Assembly: GCA_964016885.1 (NCBI GenBank)
Contig: OZ024757.1
Span: 20,522,001-20,586,000, forward strand
Source of the DNA: Eledone cirrhosa
Lineage: Eukaryota
DNA length: 64,000 nt
Direction of reading: 5' to 3'
The position numbers and the translations under genes were made by a program. The notes under the pieces were generated by a model. It made no database searches. It had not been told where the DNA came from and worked only from the letters and a program-made list of their open reading frames with translations. Shown here one piece after another: positions 52,726 through 64,000 of this stretch (position 1 is its first letter; each line of letters starts with the position of its first letter).

Positions 52726-53073
52726 TACATATATATATATATATATACTTATGGTAAACATGCTGACTAAAAGGGGTTGTGTTTGCAATGAACCAATCAG
52801 TAAAAAGGGTGTTTTCATAGCTGAAGTCCGTTATTTTGGCTATGAAAACATCCTTTTTGTCCGTTCCCTTGTTTTTAGATTGGATTGCCTCGGAAATGTA
52901 ACCTTATGACATAATGATGCTGTTTGATGATATCGTGTGACTGATTACCTGATTTGAATAAACACGTAGCCACGATTGTCATTGAAATATGTATTGCAGC
53001 TGTGTTAATAAAGCGCTCTTTAACATCTATACCAAACTTCGCATTCTCTCATCAGCATCATACGTCTGCTTTT

Positions 53074-53118
<45 letters not shown>

Positions 53119-53146
53119 TATATATTTATATATATATATATATATA

Positions 53147-53410
53147 TCATCATCATCATTTTATGTCCGCTTTTCCCTGCTTGCAAGGGTGGGACGGGAA
53201 CTGATTCTGGCTTGATTTCTACAGCTGGATGCCCTTCCTAACACCAACCTCATTTACAGTGAGTGCTGGGTGCTTTTTTGCCGTGGCACCTCCACGACCA
53301 CTTTGCACTAGAATGATAGGGACCCCAGTCCCTATCATCTCATTTCTACAGCTGAGTAAACTGGAGCAATGTGAAATAAAGTGTCTTGCTCAAGGAAACA
53401 ACACATCACC
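53147..53410 (-). mobile_element. SINE B, 5'-truncated; an older CORE-like SINE lies at about 53590-53845
   Basis: Family B sequence. Confidence 0.88.
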
Positions 53411-54054
53411 ATATATATATACAAGTGAAATGTGTCTTTATTTTAGAAAGAAAACTAGGTAATTTATTTTGACAAAAAAAAAATGGTAAATTACTAAGAA
53501 TTCTTTACAATTTTTTTTAAAACGAGAAGAATATATTGACAAGATTTTAACATTGTGTATTAAATAAAATGAGCTAAAAGTCTATCGCAAGCTCATTAGG
53601 CCAGTGCTTATCCCAGTTTCTGGGGTGTCAAGTGACTGAGAGTACAGACTTCCTCTTGGACAAGATGCCAGGCCATCACAGGGTTAACTGCTGCCAGCTC
53701 TTGTTGGCAATCATTTTCAGCTGAGTATACTGGAGCAACGTGAGATGAAGTGTTTTGCTTAAGAACATAGCATGCAATCCAGTCTGGGAATTGAACCCAT
53801 CACATTATGGTTGTAAGCCTAACACACTTACCACTAGGCCATGAAGCTATTTAGATATGATTTACAATTGCAATGTGGATGGATGCAAATATTTGGAGAG
53901 ATAATAGAAGGGTGGGGGTGAATTTGGGGGTGGGGAAGTGATGCGGGGCTTTCAATTAAAGGTTAAATAGTTCTGCCTAAAAATCAACTGCAGGCAAAAT
54001 AGGGTTTTTTTCCACTGCAACCCTTCCCTCTTCTTTCCAATCTTCTTGTTTTAA

Positions 54055-54584
54055 CCCTTTTGATACCAAACCACCTGAAACTGCTGGTTCTACAATACAA
54101 AACTGTTTATTTTAAAGTGTTTACATTTCTTTTTCCTTATAATCTTATGTAACAAACTTTGTTAAGTTATGTTCCAAACACCAACTTAATGAGAAAGTTA
54201 TGCTACTAAATCCCTCAAAATTCTTGATTCATTTTCAAAGGTATTTGAAAATCCTATGCAGTGTTTTTCATAAGAAATATGGTAATGGTTAAAGTGTTTA
54301 TATTTATCAAAAAACTTTCCATCAGAAAATTATTTAAACTATGCCCCAAATATCAGCTTAATAATGAGAAAGTTCTAAATTTCTCAAAAGTCTTGATTAT
54401 TATTTTCAAAATTATTTGCAAGTCATCAGCAGTGCTTTTCAATAGCTATATGGTAGCAAATGTGTTTATATTTATCTAAGAACTTTCCATCATAATTTTG
54501 TCTAAGAACCATTGTTAAGTTAGGTTCCAAAAACCTATTTAATCACAGGCAGTGCCTTTCATTAGAAATATAGTAATGAAAGGG
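54055..54584. mobile_element. piggyBac-like MITE with degenerate internal repeats
   Basis: TTAA|CCCTTT...AAAGGG|TTAA ends. Confidence 0.65.
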
Positions 54585-54644
54585 TTAAAGGTGGTGCATG
54601 CAAGAATTCAGAATTACAAGTAAAAAAAAAAGAAGAAAAAAAAC

Positions 54645-54693
<49 letters not shown>

Positions 54694-54872
54694 CAAAAAC
54701 AAATAAAAAAAAAAAGCAGATAGTTATCAAACCTTGGGCAGTAATTTTGGTTGATGAATCCCAAAAAATCCTGCTGTTCCATTCTAGTGAATCCGTTTTG
54801 ACCAAATATATTCTATACACCAATAAATTTCAGTTAGCATGTCTTAAAATTTGGTGTGTGCACACATACATT

Positions 54873-54909
<37 letters not shown>

Positions 54910-55138
54910 TGTGTGTGTGTTTATATATATATATAGATGGTATCCAAACTGTATTACTTGTTTAAGTAGAAGCAACAGTAGCAGTAAATCTGGTTTCTGC
55001 TCCTGTTATTTCTCTGCTCATTTAGGAGAGAGTTGCTGCTGCTGCTGTTGTCAGAGTCTTAGCACTATAGTATAGTAGAGCATAGTATAGTATAGTATAG
55101 TATAGTAGAGCATAGTATAGTATGTGTATGTTTGTATG

Positions 55139-55173
<35 letters not shown>

Positions 55174-55383
55174 TTGGTGGGTAGAGAGTCAATCTGTGTA
55201 TTGTGTGTGATGTGTATCCAGCCACTGAGATGATGGCATATGTAAGTGGAGTATCTACCTATGACATGTGTCTTTGTATTGTCCCCTTTTCTTCTGCCCC
55301 CTTGTGGCAAATAAAGAAATATATATATATATATATATATATGTGTATGTGTGTGTTAATAGACAAGTGTATTGTGTGCAATG

Positions 55384-55417
<34 letters not shown>

Positions 55418-55500
55418 ATGTGTGTGTGTGTATGTGTCAATAGACAAGAAAGTTAACCATGTATTGTGTGCAATGATATAAAGACATATGTATGTATGTG

Positions 55501-55541
<41 letters not shown>

Positions 55542-55627
55542 CAATAGACAAGAAAGTTAACCATGTATTGTGTGCAATGATATAATGACATATGTGTGTA
55601 TGTGTATGTATATATATATATGTGTGT

Positions 55628-55703
<76 letters not shown>

Positions 55704-56586
55704 GAAGGGGCTATAGAAAATATGATAAATACGAAGGCAGAAAGAGTAAAACTCGATACACAAATTATTTAGTTTTGATATAATGATCACCTAATGAAAA
55801 TATCAAGTAGTTGCAATCCTAGTTATTATTCTACATATTGCTTGATGGTCACACCAAGTGAGTGAGTGATAATATATGTTCTATAACTATACTAATGATA
55901 GTAGTGTTGGTTGTTGTTGGTTGTTGTTGTTGTTGTAGTTGTAGTAGTTGTTCTTGGTGTAATTTTTAAGGTTGTGATGTTGATGGTGTGGGAGAATTAT
56001 TTAAAAGACTAATAATAACTTGGCAACACAACAAAACCCAAGTAAAATATGGTTGAATTGGGACAGTATTTCTACAAGAAATATATTGTTGTCACTGTTG
56101 TTGTTGCTGTTGCAGTTGTTGCAGCTGTAGTTGTTCTATTAGTGATTGTTATGGTTGTGATGATGATGATGATGATGGCGATGGGATCAGAAAAAAAAAA
56201 AAAAAAATTCTATGTAATAGTTGGTATATAGCACACAAACGGTTAATTGGGATAACAATCCATTTTCTTGCTGCTGCTGCTGTTGTTGTTGTTGTTGCTT
56301 TAGTTGTCCATACGATGATGATGATGAAGTCAGAAAATATTGATAGATTGAATATGTTTGTTTGTGTGTGTGTGTGTGTGTGTGTGTGCAACAACTGTTA
56401 CAAAACAAATCACACGGGAGGGTGTGGTGGAGGAAGGGGGAGAGGGTGTGCGGTTGATTTGGGACAACAATTTGTTCTAGAGAAAAAAATAATAATCCAT
56501 ATTGATGTTGATGTTGTTGTTGTTGTTGTCCCAGTTGTTGATATGTGACTTATTTCAAGGTGCCACCAAAGCTAAGAAAGACCTAC

Positions 56587-56609
56587 TCTGGATCTGATGC
56601 GGCTGCCAT
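56587..56609 (-). CDS. Candidate alternative first coding exon (MAAASDP-E/D)
   Basis: attATGG start context, upstream in-frame TAA, and donor GA|gtaggt in phase 2, compatible with the downstream exons. Lies in unique sequence downstream of CT-rich tracts. Confidence 0.3.
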
Positions 56610-56799
56610 AATTCCAATGTCACAAGCTAAACCGGATAGTCTTTCTGTGGAACAGTGTTAAGGTATAACTCATCTTATTCTTCCTGGCTGCCTTTGTTTG
56701 TTTGTTTTTAAAACTACAGTTCTTCACTTCTTTCACAGCTTTCTGAATACCTTTTACTATTTGAAATTTACTACTTATTTATTGATGTCTCCAATCCAA

Positions 56800-56837
<38 letters not shown>

Positions 56838-57144
56838 GGCGATGGAGAGGGAGATGGAGAGAGAGAGATAGATAGATAGACAGAGAGAGTAAGGTAGAGG
56901 AAGGAAAAATAGGAGAGGAGAAGTGAGAGGTTGAAGAAGAAATACTATTTGTGAACTGGGTTCTACTACATTACTCTTCTCTCTCTCTCTCTGGTCCTTT
57001 ATTATTTCATAGCTTTTAAAAGGATTTCCATAAGCCTCCTCTTCATCATTTATTCCCAAATCAACAACTACAACAACAACAACAGCAACTACAACAATAC
57101 GATGACCAACAACACCAAAAGTATAGTGTGTGTGTGTTTGTATG

Positions 57145-57193
<49 letters not shown>

Positions 57194-57317
57194 ATGTGTG
57201 TGTGTGTGTGTGTGTGTGTTGGGTGGGTAGATAGTCAATATGTGTATTGTGTGTATTGTAAATGTAGAAGGCAGTCGATCCTATCGGTGTGAGTGTGTTA
57301 TGTTTATGTGTGTGAAC

Positions 57318-57362
<45 letters not shown>

Positions 57363-57449
57363 GAGGTAGATAGATACACGGATAGGCAGAAAAATATACA
57401 GACAACAGAGCAACAGACTCACACATATATATAGCTATCTAATTGATAA

Positions 57450-57503
<54 letters not shown>

Positions 57504-57728
57504 TATATATATAAAATATATATATAATATATATATATATATAAAATATATATATAATATATATATATATAATATATATATATATAATATATATATATAT
57601 ATAAAATATATATATAATATATATATATATATAATATATATATATATAATATATAATATATATATATATATATAATATATATTATATATATATATATAAT
57701 ATATATAATATATATAATATATATATAT

Positions 57729-57918
57729 AATTGTTTCTATTTTAGGCACAAGGCCAGCAATTACCCAGTACATTACTGGTACTTTATTTTATCGACCCCG
57801 TAAGGATGAAAGGCAAAGTTAAGCTCGGCGGGATTTGAACTCAGATCATAAAGGGACGTAACTCTATGCTTCAAAGCATGGCGTTCGACTCTCTACCGAT
57901 ACTGCCAATCCACCGCCC
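57729..57918 (-). mobile_element. SINE A inside (TA)n
   Basis: Full family A sequence. Confidence 0.9.
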
Positions 57919-57973
57919 TATAATATATATATATAATATATATATAATATATATATATAATATATATATATAT

Positions 57974-58006
<33 letters not shown>

Positions 58007-58091
58007 ATATATATATATAGAGAGAGAGAGACAGACCATCAGATAGTTAGACAGATAGACAGATAGATATATAGATAGTTAGACAGATAGA

Positions 58092-58125
<34 letters not shown>

Positions 58126-58364
58126 TAGATGGACAGACAGAATAATAGATAGATGGATAGATAGAGAGAGATAGAATGTATAATGCTAATGGCCTGGTTG
58201 TGTACAGATTCTCTATGATTGATAGATCGGTACTGCCATCTTTTCTACAGCTGCTTAAGAACAGCATTACTGCTGCTATGTGTAACAAGTGAAGCAAACA
58301 GGCTGCATTTTACCACAGAATACATTAGATTGCACGAGTAGCGAGCATACTGCTACTGTAAGAC

Positions 58365-60510
58365 AACTGTATCAACACCACAGTCACAACTACTGTATCA
58401 TAGCCACAGTGACACAACCACAGTCACAACTACTCTATCATCACCACAGTGACACAACCACAGTCACAGCTACTGTATCATAGCCACAGTGACACAACCA
58501 CAGTCACAACTACTCTATCATAGCCACAGTGACACAACCACAGTCACAACTGCTGTATCATAGCCACAGTGACACAACCACAGTCACAACTGCTGTATCA
58601 TAGCCACAGTGACACAACCACAGTCACAACTACTGTATCATAGCCACAGTGATACAACCACAGTCACAACTACTGTATCAACACTACAGTGGCACAACCA
58701 CAGTCACAACTGCTGTATCATAGCCACAGTGAAACAACCACAGTCACAACTACTCTATCATCACCACAGTGACACAACCAGTCACAACTACTGTGCCACA
58801 ACCACAGTGACACAACTACTCTATCATCACCACAGTGACACAATCACAGTCACAACTACTGTACCATAGCCACAGTGACACAACCACAGTCACAACTACT
58901 CTATCATAGCCACTGTGATACAACCACAGTCACAACTACTGTATCAACACCACAGTGACACAACCACAGTCACAACTACTGTATCATAGCCACAGTGACA
59001 CAACCACAGTCACAACTACTGTATCATAGCCACAGTGACACAACCACAGTGACAACTACTGTATCATAGCCACAGTGACATAACCAGTCACAAATCCCGT
59101 ATCATAGCCACAGTGACACAACCACAGTCACAACTACTGTATCATAGCCACAGTGACACAACCACAGTCACACCTACTGTATCATAGCCACAGTGACACA
59201 ACAACAGTCACAACTACTGTATCAACACCACGGTGGCACAACCACAGTCACAACTACTGTATCATAGCCACAGTGCAGAACCACAGTCACAACTACTGTA
59301 TCATAGCCACAGTGACACAACCACAGTCACAACTACTGTATCATAGCCACAGTGACACAACCACAGTCACACCTACTGTATCATAGCCACAGTGACACAA
59401 CAACAGTCACAACTACTGTATCAACACCACGGTGGCACAACCACAGTCACAACTACTGTATCATAGCCACAGTGCAGAACCACAGTCACAACTACTGTAT
59501 CATAGCCACAGTGACACAACCACAGTCACAACTACTGTATCATAGCCACAGTGACACAAATACTGTATCATAGCCATAGTGACACAGCCACAGTCACAAC
59601 TTCTGTATTATAGCCACAGTGACACAACCACAGTCACAACTACTGTGCCATAGCCACAGTGAAACAACCACAGTCACAACTACTCTATCATCACCACAGT
59701 GACACAACCACAGTCACAACTACTGTACCACAGCCACAGTGACAGAACCACAGTCACAACTACTCTATCATAGCCACAGTGACACAACCACAGTCACAAC
59801 TACTGTATCAACACCACGGTGGCACAACCACAGTCACAACTACTGTATCAACACCACAGTGACACAACCACAGTCACAACTACTGTGCCATAGCCACAGT
59901 GAAACAACCACAGTCACAACTACTCTATCATCACCACAGTGACACAACCACAGTCACAACTACTGTGCCATAGCCACAGTGAAACAACCACAGTCACAAC
60001 TACTCTATCATCACCACAGTGACACAACCACAGTCACAACTACTGTATCAACACCACGGTGGCACAACCACAGTGACAACTACTGTATAATAGCCACAGA
60101 GACACAACCACAGTCACAACTACTGTATAATAGCCACAGAGACACAACCACAGTCACAACTACTGTATCATAGCCACAGTCACAAATCCTGTATCACAGC
60201 CACAGTGACACAACTAGTCACAACTACTCTATCATAGCCACAGTGACAAACCACAGTCACAACTACTGTATCATAGCCAGTGACACAACCACAGTCACAA
60301 CTACTCTATCATGGCCACAGTGACACAACCTCAGTCACAACTACTGTATCATCAGCACAGTGACACAACCACAGTCACAACTACTGTATCATAGCCACAG
60401 TGATACAACCACAGTCACAACTACTGTATCAACACCACAGTGGCATAACCACAGTCACAACTCCTGTATCATAGCCACAGTGACACAACCACAGTCACAA
60501 CTACTGTAAG
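58365..60510. repeat. 40-bp tandem satellite, about 53 copies
   Basis: Unit cacagtcacaactactgtatcatagccacagtgacacaac. Confidence 0.97.
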
Positions 60511-60574
60511 ACCTCTGTATCAACACCATAACCCCATACGACTGCCACACAACAACAACACAACTACTGATCAG

Positions 60575-60752
60575 TTCCACACTGTAAACATGGTTGGTGT
60601 TAGGAAGGGCATCCAGCCGTAGAAAACCTGCCAGACAGCCCTATACGAGCGAGACACGGTCACCCGACCAATCTTGCCTCAGGTGGGACAATTCCCGTCT
60701 GAACCCATGCTAACGTGGAAGATAGAGATGTTGCACGTTGATGATGATGATG
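60575..60752 (+). mobile_element. 3' part of a SINE B tail variant
   Basis: ggttggtgttaggaagggcatccagcc...cccatgctaacgtggaa...(tga)n. Confidence 0.8.
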
Positions 60753-61162
60753 ACTACAACCACATCTACAACCACATCTACAACAACAACAACAATCACA
60801 GCCATAACCTAAACACTAACAACTTTATGAATCAATAATTGAAAAATAAAGTAAATTCCCAATACATTTTTATATTGATTATTAACTTTTCCAATCATAG
60901 AAAGCAGTTAGTGTGAATGTAGAATAGGAGAAGATTGATAAGATGGCACTGATGAGTTTTTCAGAAATTCTTTGGAAATTAAATTAATAAGCAAATAGAT
61001 AAATAGAAAAGAACAACACAAACGTATAAAACTCCTAAAATAAGAATGTTGTAAGAAGACGAGTGAACATGTTGTTATAATGGCGGCAACAACATTGAAT
61101 GTATTTAGATTTTGGAGACCAAAATTGGCAGTGACTGGATTACTGTGGTAGCAATTCTAGGT

Positions 61163-61856
<694 letters not shown>

Positions 61857-62087
61857 TTCAATGTTAGATAGTTATTAGCGGGTGGTGAAACACTAATTAA
61901 TAATTCACCAATATTAATCAGTACTTCATCACTATTCACCTGAAACGGTAGGTACAATTGCCACCTGGTTGATATTAGATATTTCTTTAGTTATTTTCAT
62001 TAACATTGTCTCTGGTTATCACTTTATACACATACATTATAAATATATTTATATACAGATACAAATATATATATATATATATATATA

Positions 62088-62455
62088 TCATCATCATCAT
62101 CTTACGTCCACTTTTCCCTGCTTGCAAGGGTGGGACGGGAACTGATTCTGGCTTGGTTTCTACAGCTGGATGCCCTTCCTAACACCAACCTCATTTACAG
62201 TGAGTACTGGGTGCTTTTTTGCCGTGGCACCTCCACGACCACTTTACAGTGGAATGATAGGGACCATAGTCCCTATCATCTCATTTCATAGTCCCTATCA
62301 TTCCACTGCAAAGTGGTCGTGGAGGTGCCACGGCAAAAAAAGCATCCAGCACTCACTGTAAATGAGGTTGGTCTTAGGAAGGGCATCCAGCTGTAGAAAT
62401 CAAGCCAGAATCAGTTCCCGTCCCACCCTTGCAAGCAGGGAAAAGCGGACGTAAA

Positions 62456-62498
<43 letters not shown>
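62088..62498. mobile_element. Inverted dimer of SINE B 3' halves
   Basis: 62088-62266 and about 62288-62470 are reverse complements, with tails pointing outward. Confidence 0.9.
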
Positions 62499-62499
<1 letters not shown>

Positions 62500-62827
62500 A
62501 CACACACACATATAAGTGTGTGTATTTTGTATAGCTATCGATATACAATATGTTTATGAATAAACATTTGAAAGTCTTCAGCTATGAATTTTGGAAACTG
62601 ATGACGTAGCGCCTTCTAGTGGATTCCAGCAGAAGCAAGTCGATCGTTTCTGAGCTTGGTCGTTATCAGTGCTTCCGTACCCTTCTTCTCTCTGCTGGAA
62701 CTCAATATAGGCGAAAACATAGTTTTTACACCTATGTGCATGGGCTGATTAGCCACATTTGCATATAGAGCTATCAGCTAGCTTGTCTGGAAAATAGAAT
62801 TAAGGTGTTAGCTCTAACATAGCTGTA

Positions 62828-63168
62828 TCATCATCATCATTTCATTTTACGTCCGCTTTTCCCTGCTTGCAAGGGTGGGACGGGAACTGATTCTGGCTTG
62901 ATTTCTACAGCTGGATGCCCTTCCTAACACCAACCTCATTTACAGTGAGTGCTGGGTGCTTTTTTGCCGTGGCACCTCCACGACCCCTTTGCAGTGGAAT
63001 GATATGGACCCCAGTCCCTATCATCTCATTTCTACAGCTGAGTAAACTGGAGCAATCTGAAATAAAGTGTCTTGCTCAAGGAAACAACACATCGCCCCGT
63101 CTGAGAATTGAACTCACAACCTTTCGATTGCAAGGCCAATGCTCTAACCACTAAGCCATGTGCTTCCA
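62828..63168 (-). mobile_element. SINE family B, full length
   Basis: Family B sequence. Confidence 0.9.
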
Positions 63169-63215
63169 TATATATAACCACTAAGCCATGTGCCTGTATA
63201 TATATATATATATAA

Positions 63216-63258
<43 letters not shown>

Positions 63259-64000
63259 TAACGATATACGGTATTCTTATTAATAAACATTTGAAAGCCT
63301 TTAGCTAGGTCAGAGGTTCTCAATGTCCAGAGGGCATTGAGAAGGTCAAGGCAGGCAGTGGGGCCTAAGAGGGCGGTGGGGTGGGGTGGTTGACATGATA
63401 TAACATTATATTAAATATTAAATGATACATATTATATAGTAAAATAAAAAAATATATAATATTTATTTATACATAGTATCAATAATTTATTATATATAAA
63501 TTAACAATTTAATTTATTATACATTATTTACAATTTGCATGTAGTCTGGTCTCTCTAGAAGTAAGGAAGTACTTGACCTTTCATAGATTATATTGAGAAC
63601 ACAACTGTGCTACAGCTTGGCCCTGGCCATTTTTATAAAGGATCATTCATAATAATTCATTATTAGTTCTTTATGTTTGGATTGGAACAATAGTTTTCCT
63701 AATTCCATGTATGTATATATGTTTCTTCATATATATATATATATATGGGTGTGTGTATATATACTAATAGGTTTATGAAATCACGTGCCAAACAATGTCC
63801 AATTCTATGTTAACTGGGGTTAATCAGTTGCAGATTATTTCTCTATGGAATTGGTAGGGAGATGGCAATATTGAACAGATTCTTATGGTTATCAACAAAC
63901 GTTTGATATAATCAGTGACTATCAATCACCAAATCATTCAATAAAGACATCAAAATTATTGATCCCACAAATTAATTATGGTTAGCAACTAAAATTAATA

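Noticed and set aside
62599-62650. CTGATGA as another hammerhead
   Set aside because: No properly placed stem II and GAAA follow on the same strand.
63311-63606. hAT-like MITE (cagaggttctcaa...ttgagaacacaactg)
   Set aside because: TIRs are short and imperfect and there is no clear 8-bp TSD.

Overview
Eukaryotic, AT-rich, repeat-saturated animal DNA, most likely an octopod cephalopod (inferred from the SINE families and the density of (TA)n/(CA)n/(TAA)n microsatellites). The only clear host-gene sequence is one large minus-strand coding exon (362-2022) of a neuron navigator (NAV/unc-53/sickie) gene. Three short candidate exons upstream (17519-17590, 34998-35045, 56587-56609) are phase-compatible with it, so most of the window is probably intron. 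That intron holds two tRNA-derived SINE families, fragments of RTE, L1/Tx1, R4/Dong and Penelope-like retroelements, a decayed DD37D-like Tc1/mariner, several MITEs and large minisatellites. The most unusual signal is a set of short elements inside (TA)n tracts that carry hammerhead-ribozyme core motifs (CTGANGA...GAAA...TH) and often form long inverted-repeat hairpins; they look like Penelope pseudo-LTR remnants. Most ORFs in the supplied track are microsatellite artefacts. All calls come from reading the sequence by eye, without searches or folding runs.
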